Assembly (NCBI GenBank): GCA_951406725.2
Contig: OX597821.1
Location: 75,144,001 to 75,208,000, forward strand
Source of the DNA: Octopus vulgaris
Lineage: Eukaryota
DNA: 64,000 nucleotides
Direction of reading: 5' to 3'
A program made the translations under genes and the position numbers. Of this stretch, positions 1 to 12,599 are shown one piece after another. Each line of letters starts with the position of its first letter. Positions within the stretch are counted from its first letter, which is position 1. Below the pieces are notes generated by a model. It was not told the DNA's origin, ran no database searches, and was given only the letters and a program-made list of their open reading frames with translations.

Positions 1-406
1 TCAGCTCTAGATATACCTGCAAAATTAACTGTTTATAATTAAAACGTACGGAAGCCCAGAATTGACCAAAATTATATTGGTTTGGTCAATAAAAGGAAAT
101 TAACATTGCGAAGACATACTGTGGTACTATTCATTACAGAAATCACTTGGTTTTGTTTTTTTTTGCATATAAGCGAACTCAGATCAATTAAGTTAAAGTG
201 TTAAATGAGAATTTAGGAATTTACCATCCTTGACCAAATTTTTACAGATGACTGAAAATAGGTTAAAATGAAAAAAATAATTATTAAAATAATTATTAAA
301 AAATACTCGGTGTCCTATAAACAGGACACTGAGACAATGTGATATAGCTTATTTAATGTTCTCATTTTGTGTCCTATTTATAGGACAGTGGGACTTAATG
401 GGTTAA
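1..406. mobile_element. Right end of a piggyBac-like DNA transposon or MITE (left end probably outside the window)
   Basis: Ends in GGGACTTAATGGG followed by TTAA (403-406). Two related subterminal palindromes: GTGTCCTATAAACAGGACAC (~310-329) and GTGTCCTATTTATAGGACAG (~369-388). Confidence 0.5.
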
Positions 407-688
407 TTTGAGCAACACAAGAGGAAATAAAGTAAAATAAAGTAAAAAGTGAAGTCAAAAACTATGGACTTATAATATAGAAACATTTAACAAAGTATTT
501 ACACTGGCGTGTAGATTGGCTTAGGGACAAAACAGCTGTTACCTTAAAGATTTTAAAGAATTCATTTCTGAGTGCCATGAGGTGAGGGGTCAGCTTCTAC
601 TACGACAATGACTGATAGCCGTGTCCGAAGGAGGAGCCTACTGTGACAATGGAAATGGTAGTTTGCATCATAATATATAAATATATGC

Positions 689-689
<1 letters not shown>

Positions 690-719
<30 letters not shown>

Positions 720-995
720 CATACCTACATATATATGTATATATACATGCATATATGGGTACAGGACATCAAAACAAAAACCATAATGAGAAACGAAAAC
801 AAAAACATAGAAACGAACTTTAATTTCAACCAACGAAAAAACAGAGAAACGAGACATGCAACATAAAGAATATTCCCCTTCTTCAGTTGTCCCTGTTTCA
901 TGAAGGGGCATCCATAAACATATACATACATACATACATACACACATACATACATACATACATACATACATACATACATACATACATACATACAT
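690..995 (-). repeat. Microsatellite-embedded fragment of a repeat family (second copy at ~19060-19240) with a CTGAAGA motif and (TACA)n
   Basis: Minus-strand ACAACTGAAGAAGGGG...TTCTTTATGTTGCATGTC resembles plus-strand ACAACTGATGAAGGGTCGTTCTTTGTGCTACTTGTCC at ~19097. Both continue into a T-rich tract and GTCYTGTACCYATATATGC. Confidence 0.5.
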
Positions 996-1165
996 AAGAT
1001 GCAAAAATGACAAACATCAGCTGGTAGACATTTTAGTATGTCTGTTTATTCAAAAGAATTAGAAAGTATTAGAAGAATACATACACATGTAATAACTATG
1101 TGTTTCACACACATGTATTAATATTACAAAAAAGAGCAAAATATCAGATTGTCAGAAGATACTAA

Positions 1166-1232
1166 GTTCCTTACGGCCGTTTCTGCCAAGAGGCATCGAA
1201 ATCCTCCATGCCATCTCTATCTCCTCAGTGTT
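1166..1232 (-). ncRNA. Degenerate minimal hammerhead ribozyme (stem I broken)
   Basis: Minus strand: CTGAGGA, stem II GGCAT/ATGCC, then GAAAC-GGCC-GTA (palindromic ACGGCCGT). The flanks do not pair as stem I. Confidence 0.4.
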
Positions 1233-1471
1233 CTGTAGGGATGGGCAGATGTATGTATGTATGTATATATGTATGCACACACTCACACATGTATATATGT
1301 CTGCACACACACATATATTTATTTTCTTTATTTGTGAATTAAGGCTACGAATGTTAAAAAATTATTTATAAAGAAATTATTTATCCACCAATCCGGTGTT
1401 GAGCACTCATTCCAACGTTCTACATTTACATGTATATACTTATATTTATATATATATATATATATATATAT

Positions 1472-1527
<56 letters not shown>

Positions 1528-1954
1528 ATGTGTGTGTAGATATATGAATGTGCGAATGTATATACTTTCATATGCATCTGCGTATATATGTGTGTATTTG
1601 TGTGTGTTTATGTGTATGTACATACAGAACACACATAAATATTGGTTGAACACTGCTACATGTAGTGTAATAAGTGCGTTTTATTGACATTAAAATTATC
1701 GATTGAAATATCAAATCTAAAAAGTGTGGGGTGGGGGAGAGAATGATAAAAGCTTAGAGTGTTTTACATAATATAATATTTTTTAAACGTGTCTTTTTTT
1801 AGTTGTAAAGCAGCAAAATATGAATAAGTGTGTGTATATATTCACGTCTGTGTGTATGTGAATGAAAATACGTGTACGATTGTGTGCGTTTCTTTGCGCG
1901 GACGCGTTAGTGTGTGAATGCATAACAATATGAATAATCTGGGAAGCGTATAGA

Positions 1955-2273
1955 TGTGACCTGAGAGACAATCCTGTTTCACGAGCAGGTGGGTGTGGTC
2001 AACACCTCCATCACTTGTACAGCACAGTCGACCATCTGTCACTCAGATGTTTCTTTCATAAAAGATGCCCTTGGTCATGCGCCACGCTTTCTTTAACTGT
2101 CCTCTCTGCTGGGTGTGGCGGAAACATATCTCGTGAGACTTCATCTTGGGTTGAGATTCTTGAATAAAGCAACGGTTGATCGATTGACCTGTCAATCGAA
2201 GCATTGTGAAAGAGGCTCTCTTTCCATTGTACTTTTCAGTTATAACGTTTCTTTATACTGATTGACTGACACA
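1955..2273 (+). mobile_element. Candidate solo LTR
   Basis: TGT...ACA termini, flanking ATAGA/ATAAA (5-bp TSD with one mismatch), internal CATAAAAG and AATAAA, higher GC than the flanks. Confidence 0.4.
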
Positions 2274-3079
2274 ATAAAATTTGTAGGAATGATAATAGTT
2301 TTCCATTGCAAATTGCAAAAAATTCCTCAAACTCTTCACTGCTTATTTTATTTAAATAATAGTAAATATCCAAGGAATGCTTAACTTTGTTCTTGAGGCA
2401 GGGGTTCGATTCTACTTTCCTTCTACATCATTTTCCCCCTTTTTGTTTTTCCCATCTTCTTATTATGGTCATTTGAATTCTATTTTCTCTGCCGAGAAAT
2501 AGTAGAGCTTTCGTAATAGTAGACCTGCACGTTAATCCCTCCCACAAACACCTAACGATTCCTGCGCTTTCGAAACCATGCAACGCCTTTATCTCCGTTG
2601 ACCCAAAAGCTTTAAGTCGAAAATAAACATCAACGCAGCTAGAAGAAATCCAGTTTCATGAACGAATTATTATGGTTAAAGATGCTGTTATGGATTATAA
2701 ATATTTCGTACTATGTAACTGTGAAATACAATGGACTTCGTTGTGGGTGCGTTGAAAACATCGATACCAATTGAAAGATGAACGAGATAAAAAGTAGGGC
2801 CCGAAATGTATACAGCAGGAGAAATTCAAATATATTTTACGATATTCATTGCTTTGCAGTTGAGCCGTAAAGTAAAGAAGGTTGAATTCCTAGTTTAATT
2901 TCACCATTTGAAAAATACGTCTCCTTCACTGTACTGTTTTACTGTTTTCCCGGCCTCAACACGGTGTTTGCCTTGTTTAAAGAGACACTGACATTTTTCA
3001 AATCGACCGATCATTTACGATGTAAATTTTAAAGGGGTTTTGAATTCGTGCACTTATTTTTATCTCACCTTTCTTTATA

Positions 3080-3295
3080 CGAGGGTTTGCTGAAAAGTTC
3101 CTGGTCTTGGATAAAATAAAATACAGGAGTATCAGTTATTTATAATTACATTCAACATACTTTCCTCTCAGATTCACACACTTATTACAGCTGTCCTTCG
3201 GATTCTCTAAGCTCTCTAAAAGAACTTGGATATTTGGGCCTCCAACCAGGACTTTTGTGATACCTTTAAAGCCTGGAACTTTTTAGCACCCCTCG
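3080..3295. mobile_element. Mariner-derived MITE
   Basis: TA|CGAGGGTTTGCTGAAAAGTTCCTGG ... CCTGGAACTTTTTAGCACCCCTCG|TA: imperfect ~25-bp TIRs with TA duplication. Confidence 0.8.
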
Positions 3296-3299
3296 TATA

Positions 3300-3448
3300 A
3301 AATTTTCCTCTTCTTATATCATCATGGAATGAGTTCCACAAGACTAATTCGGATGCTTCAAGACCAGGATGATGCACGCAGTTACAAGAGAGTCGCAGCC
3401 ATCTTTGCTTGATCTTCTCGCCAAATTTCATCAGGTCTCCATAAAGGA
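3300..3448 (-). pseudogene. RTE-clade LINE ORF C-terminal relic
   Basis: Reads LYGDLMKFGEKIKQRWLRLSCNCVHHPGLEASELVLWN..H...RRG, matching the RTE post-RT motif LYGxLPK...RRLRLAGHC.RH...AS.LVLW. Confidence 0.7.
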
Positions 3449-3469
3449 GAAATTATCAAACGGGCTAAA

Positions 3470-3600
3470 TGGCTAAATATCTACTACACAAGGATGCTAC
3501 GAACGGCCCTAAATATAATATGGCGGCAACATGAAAAATGAATACCTTTATGGAGACCTGCCGAAATACTCAAAGTGCGAGCAGAAGACAGCATTAAATA
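3470..3600 (+). pseudogene. RTE-clade LINE relic (second fragment, opposite orientation)
   Basis: YYTRMLRTALNIIWRQH / KNEYLYGDLPK across a frameshift; typical RTE motif YTRMLR.ALN.SW..H..N..LYG.LPK. Confidence 0.7.
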
Positions 3601-4303
3601 ATACTTTGATAATGTACGCCACAGTAATAGATCTAACATATTCCAAACGAGAAAAGTAAATAATAAAGCACGTCAAATTGTAACTAGAACTACTCAGTAA
3701 TGTTCAAGAAATACTACATAAATAAAAATGAGAAAAATTTGATAATGGGAGACTCTAAATAAGGAACTCTGATACCCCATACTTGGACATCATTCAGTAA
3801 TTATAAATAAAAGAACTTCCTGCGACCCAACTAAAGTACTTCCAAATATAAACCATTTAGCATTCAGATAGCTTTATCAAATGTAAGGCTTTCTTATGCA
3901 CATTGTTTTGATGTAATTATACATTATCTCATAGCTTCGAAATTTAGATGATGTGATTGTTTATGTTTAAAATCCTATAGTAGAATAGATGAAAGAGCCT
4001 AAACCAAACAGAGCATAAAACAAGTGGAATATTTTGGCCGATTTAAATGAATCTTAAAGCATAACTATAAAATAGTGTCAAGAATTTTCAATGCAAATTT
4101 GGCCGCCGAAGACATAATTAAAACAGCATGAAATAATATATGCTGCAGCCTGTCTTGTTTGTACTTGCTGAGATTCCCTCAAAAAGGGATACGAAACCCA
4201 TGTGAATAACACTGAAAACAAATATACAGAAAACAATATAGAAAGGGAAAGGATCTTTTGATTCATAATGATAGAACAAAGCTACGCAACTTTATACGAC
4301 TTT

Positions 4304-4766
4304 AAGTTGATCTCGGCGGAAATTCAACTCAGAACGTAACGGCAGACGAAATACCTATTTCTTTACTACCCATAAAGAGCTAAACACAGAGAGGACAAAC
4401 AAAGACATACAAACGGATTAAGTCGATTATATCGACCCCAGTGCGTAACTGGTACGTATTTAATCGACCCCGAAAGGATGAGAGGCAAAGTCGACCTCAG
4501 CGGAATTTGAACTCAGAACGTAACGGCAGACGAAATACCTATTTCTTTACTACCCACAAGGGGCTAAACAGAGAGAAAAAACAAGGACAAACGGATTAAG
4601 TAGATTACATCGAGCCCAGTGCGTAACTGGTACTTAATTTATCGACTCTGAAAGGATGAAAGGCAAAGTCGACCTCGGCGGAATTTGAACTCAGAACGTA
4701 ACGGCAGACGAAATACCGCTAAGCATTTCGCCCGGCGTCCTAACGATTCTGCCAGCTCGCCACCTT
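4304..4766 (-). mobile_element. SINE family A concatemer (head plus about 2.3 core units)
   Basis: tRNA-like head GGTGGCGAGCTGGCAGAATCGTTAG...GAGTTCAAATTCC, core GCCTTTCATCCTTTC.G.GTCGATAAATTAAGTACCAG, ~180-bp repeated units. Confidence 0.9.
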
Positions 4767-4767
4767 C

Positions 4768-4805
<38 letters not shown>

Positions 4806-5996
4806 TTGAGTATTTCTTAAATATCTTACTACCTGCAGCCTCCGGTACCATGCTACTCGTTCCTTTCAGCTATCTAATACTTCCCTCATTATTCCGGCCG
4901 TGCCAAGGAGGCAAACGTTTTGTAAGAGCTCTACTGGACACTCTATTCCAATTTCTTTTATATCTCCCTTGATTCCTTCTGATACTGTTCCCGAGGACCC
5001 AATAATAATTCACCTTCTTCATTTTCCATAGTCGGGCTATTTCGTACTAAAGAGGGTTGTATTTATCTATATTTTCACCTTCCGTCTTCACTATTCGTGG
5101 ATCAAAGGGGCATGCAACATCAACTATATATCACTTGATGCACCTTATCCACCACCACTAGCTCCGGTCTCTTATGCTCTAGCACCTGATCTGTTTGGAT
5201 TCAGAAATACCAGAAGATTTTGCTAGTCTCTGACTCTACCACTCTCTTCGGTTTGTGCTCATACCACGTCTTTCCTCTCCTTAGCCCTCACATTTCGCAC
5301 AGTTTCAAATGGAGAACTTTCCTAACTTGGATATGTCGCCACAACTTGCAGTAGTTTGGAGCAAGTCTAGGACAATCGTTTGTGATATGGGTAATAGTTT
5401 CATCCACTCTATTGCAGATGCGGCATAGCGGAGACACTTGCTCATTCCAAAGGTTGACCCTCCAGTTCGTGACCAAAGCCTGGTCTTACGCTGCCAGTAT
5501 AGTGCTCTTGGTCTTTTTTTTTAGGGTTCCTTTCATCAACCAATCCCACCTATTTTTTCCAGCAACTTCTGTTGTGGCTACATGGGATTGATTGTGTAGT
5601 CCCTTCTTGCATAATTCTTCTTCATGTCCTTTTTGTACTAGCTTCCTTTGTTTTTCATTTTTTCTCTGATCTCAACACTCTCTCGTTTCAGATAGTCACT
5701 AGCAAGGTTTCCTCACTTTGGGCTAGGTATCTCATTAAGCTCTCGAGTTCGATACGTACGCAGTCTTCCACACTTATTTGTCCTCTTCCTCCATTTGTCT
5801 CTTCGTGTATCGGCGATCGTTGTCTGCACGTGAATGATAGGCTCAATGCATCGTTAGGAGGTTTTTCTGACTTCCTGTCTATCTTTTCTGACTTCCTGTC
5901 TATCCATTTCAGAATTCCAGCGTCACACCGAACTACTGTGACTGCGTGAGAGTTTATTCTCGAAATTATGTTTCTGGTATTCAGATTTGGAGCCAA
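4806..5996 (-). pseudogene. 5'-truncated R4/Dong-like non-LTR retrotransposon with restriction-like endonuclease
   Basis: CCHC finger CRIC..ETITHITNDC then RH.QV..LH.KLC; RLE motifs DQVLEHKRPELVVVDK, DVACPFD and DKYNPL*YEIARLW; upstream INSHAVTVVRCDAGILKW and GGRGQISVED. Stops and frameshifts present; the 3' end runs into (TAA)n at 4768-4805. Confidence 0.85.
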
Positions 5997-6022
5997 TATT
6001 TATTATTATTATTATCATCATT

Positions 6023-6072
<50 letters not shown>

Positions 6073-6092
6073 CATCATTAATATTTTATTCC

Positions 6093-6220
6093 GCCGACGT
6101 CGACTTTGCCTTTCATCCTTTTGAGGTCGATAAATTAGGTACCAGATGCGTACTGGGATCGATCTAGTCGACCGGACACCACCCACCAAATTTCAGCCTT
6201 GTGCCTTTATTAGAAAGGTT
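6093..6220 (+). mobile_element. Headless SINE A core plus tail-2, running into (TTA)n
   Basis: GTCGACTTTGCCTTTCATCCTT...AAATTTCAGCCTTGTGCCTTTATTAGAAAGG. Confidence 0.8.
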
Positions 6221-6463
6221 TATTATTATTATTAGAAATATAGTAGAAAGATTTATCATTATTATTATATATTATTATTATTATTATCATTATTATTATT
6301 ATTGTTATTGTTGTTATTATTATTATTATTTTTATTATTATTATTATTACTATTATAATTATTATTATTATTATTATTGCAATTATTATTATTATTGCAA
6401 TTATTATTACTATTATTATTATTATTATTATTGCAATTATTATTATTATTATTGTTGTTGTTG

Positions 6464-6503
<40 letters not shown>
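6215..6503. repeat. (TTA)n/(TTG)n trinucleotide microsatellite
   Basis: Direct inspection; source of the poly-Y/I/N/L ORFs. Confidence 0.95.
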
Positions 6504-7199
6504 GGCGCAAAAGAGTATTTCCCACGCATTTTTTTTTAATGTGGTTTCGCATTTCCATTTCCTTCGTATAAGTTTATAAAAAAAAACAACGATAACAGCA
6601 GCAACAACAACAAGAACAACAACAAAATAAGCGAAACGAAACGAAACGAAACTAACACACAAATTGTCTTAATTTAATGAAGTACGGCAAAAGTCAATTT
6701 TGATTAGGGTTCCGTAGCCATGCGCTGCGTGTGCAGCTCGATTAGCAATAGTGGTTTTTAGTAGACGGAACTTTCAATTAGCACACTTCCTATAACATAG
6801 ATACACACCGAGAGAATCCTGCATGGCTTTACAATAGAAGAATATTGTTGTACAATGTCGGATCACGAATACCTAATTTCATAAACCGAACGAGTTGAAC
6901 GTAAGAGAGTTTCTTTGCTATCTCTCTTGACAGCACACTTCTTCAATTATAGTTTTTCTTTTAATTCTGACGTATTTTCCGAGGAAACAGGCAAAAAAAA
7001 TAAAAATAATATTTTTCTTTACTTTTCTTTCTTAATTTTTGTTTCCTTGTTTCCATTTTTGCATTCCAGTTTTCGCTATTTTTCACTTGAGGTCATGCAA
7101 AGATTTATTGATTTAGGGACATAATTGATATCTGGTTCATTGTTTAAGGGTGACTTTTTGTTTCTTTTGCAAAAAGTTATAATTTATATGTATATTACA

Positions 7200-7260
7200 T
7201 AAATACACACAAACACACACATACACAAACGCCCGCACACACACACACATAAACAAACGC

Positions 7261-7304
<44 letters not shown>

Positions 7305-7481
7305 ACAAGCACACATATAGATTATGCATCTTTATGGATACTATTTATTTGTTGTGTGTGCTTATATCTTATATATATATATATATATATATACACTTGT
7401 ATTTGCTCATGTATATATTAGTATATTCATGAGTTGGAAATCTTTTTTGTATATTTTATACATACATGCTTATTATGATTG

Positions 7482-7528
<47 letters not shown>

Positions 7529-7606
7529 GTCTATCTATATGTCTGTATATATGGCTGCCTGTCTGTCTATATATATCTATTCATCTCTCTCTCTATCTAT
7601 TTATCC

Positions 7607-7663
<57 letters not shown>

Positions 7664-7881
7664 CACTAAACTTGGATAAAAAATTATGTTTCCAGGCCAT
7701 GTCTAACTTAATAGCACCACCTTATATACGTATATATATCAATTTACATACACACACACATGCATACGTATATATACACACGCACTCACACACATACATA
7801 CACATATATATATTTGTATATGTATGTTTATATATCTTATATGTACACACACTCACGCGTGCGTGTACATACATACATACA

Positions 7882-7925
<44 letters not shown>

Positions 7926-7926
7926 C

Positions 7927-7981
<55 letters not shown>

Positions 7982-8005
7982 GAGAAATACATATGCATAT
8001 ATATT
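7200..8005. repeat. Compound (CA)n, (TCTA)n and (TA)n microsatellite field
   Basis: Direct inspection. Confidence 0.95.
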
Positions 8006-8299
8006 AAAATAGGTATGTATATTTGTAAGTATTTTGTGAGGCTCCTAGGAAGAGATAGAGAGCGGTAATTAAGGAAAGAATATGATTGTAGCGAAGTGAA
8101 ACGAGAAACAAGAAATGTCAGGATAAAATAATAAACTTCATACGCTACTAATTGTGCAAAAGTTGCATAAAATATCTGGTTTACGTAAGAAACAAATGTT
8201 GCCAACTAAGTCAATGTTGATGAGGGGGAGGAGGGAGAAAACGAGAAGGGGAGGTGCTACATCTTGATAGTGAGTAACGTTATTTAGAAAATCGTAATA

Positions 8300-8508
8300 C
8301 AGTAATCCCTCGATTATCGCGTGTGTTACGTTCCGAAAGCCCCGCAATATGTGAAAATCCGTGAAGTAGAAACAATACTGTACTGTATATTTTTATACTT
8401 TGTATGTATTTATTTTATTATAAATACAAAACAACACCAAGGCGGATCCGACGTAGGCCTGAATAATAAGCCGTGATAGTTGAACCGCGATATTGGTAGG
8501 AGTTACTG
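8300..8508. mobile_element. Tigger/pogo-type MITE
   Basis: TA|CAGTAATCCCTCGATTATCGCG ... CCGCGATATTGGTAGGAGTTACTG|TA. Confidence 0.75.
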
Positions 8509-8554
8509 TAATTTTCTGCTGAGTGGTAGCCGACACTTGTTAATTAAAATAATC

Positions 8555-9290
8555 CTTGCTATTATAGGCACAAGCCCTACATTTTGTGAAGGGGACCAGT
8601 TGATTACATCGACTCCAGTGTTTCACTAGTACTTGATCTATCAACCCCGAAAGGATGAACGGCAAAGTCAACTTCGGCCAGCATTTTAACTAAGAAGGTA
8701 GCGACGGGTGAAATACCTATTTCTTTACTACCCACAAGGGGCTAAACACAGAGAGGACAAACGGAGTAAGTCGAATATATCGACCCCATGCGTAACTGGT
8801 ACTTATTTAACCGACCCCGAAAGGATGAAAGGTTAAGTCGACCTAGGCGGAATTTGAACTCAGAACGTAGCGGCTGATGAAATACGGCTACGCATTTCGC
8901 CCGGCGTGCTGACGTTTCTGCCAGCTCACTGCCTTCTATTCTACTCTTGGCACAAGGCCCGAAATTTGGGGGGAGGGGCCAATCACTTAGATCGACCTCA
9001 GTACGCAACTGGTACTTAATTGATCGACCCCGAGAGGTTGAAAGGAAATAGCTATTTTTATTTCTTTATTTCTCACAGGGGGCTAAACACAGAGGGGACA
9101 AACAAGGACAGACAAACGGATTAAGTCGATTACATCGACCCCAGTGCGTAACTGGTACTTAATTTATCGACCCCGAAAGGATGAAAGGCAAAGTCGACCT
9201 CGACGGAATTTGAACTCAGAACGTAACCGCTGACGAAATACGGCTACGCATTTCGCCCGGCGTGCTAACGTTTCTGCCAGCTCGCCGCCT
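8555..9290 (-). mobile_element. Two adjacent SINE A multimers (8555-8935 and 8936-9290)
   Basis: Each has a head, then core/tail-1, then core/tail-2. Confidence 0.9.
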
Positions 9291-9699
9291 TCTTGTTGAA
9301 TTGGATGCCGTTGCCGTTGCTGTCGCCAAAGATGATTGTGGCGATGACGACGACGACGATGATGATGATGACGATGAAAACAATGATGGTGGTGGTGGTG
9401 GTGGTTGTTGATGACTTCATACTTGGAATCGAGCCCATCATTTATCCATTCGTTTTATTAATGATTACCTTTATTTAGTTATGGATTGGCAGAATTATTC
9501 CAGCGTCGGAAGAAAAAGAGTCGCAGCAATCGTTCCGGGTTTTTAAATCTTAAGTTCAAACCTGGCTATCGCAAACTTCGTCGTTTCTTCCGTTTGGTAC
9601 AAGTCAAGTAATAAGATGATGAAATCACTAAAACCCGTCACCTCAAAATTGTTGCCCACTTACCTAAATCATAAATCACAGTCAAACCCTAATATTTCT

Positions 9700-9782
9700 G
9701 GGAATACATAACGCAGTGGAACTGAACCCAGAACGACGTGGTTAGGAAACAAACCTCTTACTTCACGGCTACGCCTGCGCCT
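9700..9782 (-). mobile_element. SINE B head fragment
   Basis: Minus strand AGGCGCAGGCGTAGCCGTGAAGTAAG...CTGGGTTCAGTTCCACTGCG. Confidence 0.65.
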
Positions 9783-10461
9783 ATATTCTTCATTTTATTA
9801 TCCAAAGTGTTTTTGCAATATAAGCAAAATCTTCCGGGCCTGGTTCCTATTTCTAACGGGTTGGATTACTGTAAAGATGGTCCCTTGTTGACAGATTTGC
9901 ATATTATCTCTGTATATATTTATGTAGTTGATATTTTCTTTAAACCTCAGGTATACTCCATCTGAGTATATGTATGACCAGTTGCGTATACACGTATCAC
10001 CCGTTTATTTTCGTTGAAGACTATATTAAGACTATATTAATTAATTAATATGTCCTTCTTTATATAAAACCGTACTTTGAGATTTGAGGAGATTTGACTG
10101 TTGTTTCTAGCAGGTTAAACGAACAAATGGAAAATATCTTATTGATAAACTGTCACTTATAACAGTGATGATAGTAATAATTATAGTCATTATCATTATA
10201 TTATTAGGAAGGTCAAAGTAGGTGGGTTGGTACGATAGCTTGTGTGTCGAACAAAATGACTTGCGGAATTCTTTTGGACTTTCTATTTCCGCCTTAGTCT
10301 AATTTGTCTCTTAATCTTTGTGGGTCAAGAAAATATATTACCAGATAAAATAAACAGCTCTTCCCCTCCTCTCAGATTTCTGGCCGTTTACTTCAATAAC
10401 ATTTGAGATAAATTTTCCCTGCATTTGAAAAAGGAACGAAACATCCACAGAAGTCTAAACG

Positions 10462-10693
10462 AAGGCGAGCTGGCAGAAACGTTAGCATAATGGGCGAAGT
10501 GCGTAGCCGTATTTCGTCTGCCGTTACGTTCTGAGTTCAAATTCCACCGAGGTCGACTTTGCCTTTCATCCTTTCGGGGTCGATTAAATAAGTACCGGTT
10601 ACGCACTGGAGTCGATGTAATCGACTTAATCCGTTTGTCTGTCCTTGTTTGTCTCCTCTGTGTTTAGCCCCTTGTGGGTAATAAAGAAATAAG
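10462..10693 (+). mobile_element. SINE A monomer with tail-1
   Basis: AAGGCGAGCTGGCAGAAACGTTAGC...GAGTTCAAATTCC...CCCTTGTGGGTAATAAAGAAATA. Confidence 0.9.
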
Positions 10694-10959
10694 AAACCTA
10701 AGCCGAAATACTGTGAATTGAGGGCTTATAGCTTATGGATTGGCAGAATTGTTCCAGCGTCGGAAAAAAAGAGTCACAGCAATCGTTCCGGCTTTTTAAA
10801 TCTTAAGTTCAAACCTGGCTATTTTATGAATCTATAAGGAAAAGTCCACCCAGATCTTTGTCGGCAATGTATCCGGTTTAATTATACGATTTCTTTAACG
10901 TAAGAAACCACAGTAGTTAGAATGTAGCTCATCTCTGCCTGATGTCTTTGAGATAGGAG

Positions 10960-12520
10960 ACACTGTAAGAAATTAGCCAAGGCGCTCGTACGATTGTCAG
11001 GGAGTAAAAGAGAAAGAAGAATTGTAAATACTGACCCCCAGAAGGATGATAGACAAATTGCTCCTCAGTGAAATTGGAACTCAGAATGCAAACAATCATC
11101 GTAAAAGAACTTCGAGCTGCTGCTGCTGCTGCTACTGCTGCTGCTGCTACTGCTGCTACTACTACTACTACTACAACTGCTGCTGCTGCTGCCGCTGCGT
11201 TAGAATAGGGTAAATAAATCAATGTAGTCGAGAGTTATCAGAAATCAGTTGGGGAAAGATGATGAAATTATATTCAGCCACAACCGACGGGTGATTGAAA
11301 GTCGATTTCTTCGTACCTCTCGGCGTTTGGAATACATTTTTGAGAGGAATGGGAAATAAGACAACTCAGTGGGGTGGCTAGGGGTAGATTCTAACATCGT
11401 CACACCTGAACATTTCTTGTAAGGTAATTAATACCTCATTTTTACATTTCTAATAGTTGTTTTTCTCAACAAAATTTTGATATTGCGATATGTAATGTTT
11501 AAATTATTCTACTCTCTGATATTGGTTTCTAAGTTTGACGAAAGGCCATTAATATCAGGATAGGGTGTACGTTGATTATATCGACCCCAGTCCTCAATTG
11601 GTATTTATTGACCTCAGCGGAATTTGAACTAAGAACATACAGACGTACAGCCTTTCTAGCCTTTTGCCAAAATTTGAAAAATTGGCGTGTTGGAAGGATG
11701 GTTAACACGCTGGACACAATGCTTAGCGGCATTTCGTCCGGTTTTACATTCTGAGTTCAATTTCCGCCGAGGTCGAATTTGCATTTCATCGTTTCGGGGT
11801 CGAAAAAATAAGTACCAGCTGTGTACTGTGTTTGATTTAATCATTTACCCACTTCCGCGAAATTTCTGGCCTTGTGCTAAACTTTGAAACCATTTTTAAT
11901 TGATTGGCACAAAGGGACGAGCATCCAAAATATATTCTACGATTTATTTTTGTAGTCTTACACACTCTGCGTTCAAACCCTGTTACATTCAAATTTGCGA
12001 TTTATCTTCCCAGTGATCGCTAAATAAAGTACCAATTAAACGCTGCATTTATTTAATTTTTACGATACCTCCCATAAATTAAGTAGAAGTTGCGTACTGG
12101 GGTCGATCTAATCGACTGGTCCCTCTCTCACAAAATTTCGGGCAAAGTGCCTGGAGTAGAAACGAATATTTTGATAGTCATTTGGTCAAAGCATGACTAA
12201 ATAAATTTCTGGGAAACATACCTACTTCTAAAATTTGTAAAATTTTCCATAAATATAACTAGCAATTGTGACAAATAAAGCTGCGGTAAAAATTGTGGCA
12301 GGAGAAAGAAGAAACTCTGTAAGACATGGATAGACTACTGGTGGGAGACATTAGTTATGTATAAGCTAATTTTAATAATGGTTTCAAATTTAGGTACAAG
12401 GCCAGCAATTTTGAGAAATGGGGTAAGTCGATAGCATCGACCTCGTTTCTCAGATCGTACTTATCGATCCCAAAAGGATGAAAGGTGCAGTAACGCTTCT
12501 GATAGATTGCCACCATTGTT
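10960..12520. mobile_element. Cluster of older, diverged SINE A copies in both orientations
   Basis: Approximate copies at 10960-11100(-), 11535-11650(-), 11683-11892(+), 11910-12165(+) and 12378-12520(-), recognised by B-box, core and tail-2 motifs. Confidence 0.75.
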
Positions 12521-12599
12521 AATACTAATAATAAGCGAATACTTTAAACACGTCGAAAGTAAATAGAAAAAACTCACAATTCTGTATTTCGAAACAAAT

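Noticed and set aside
8870-8885. CTGATGA (also at 9230, 17092, 22708, 30680 and 44864)
   Set aside because: No stem II-GAAA-UH context; some are SINE point variants.
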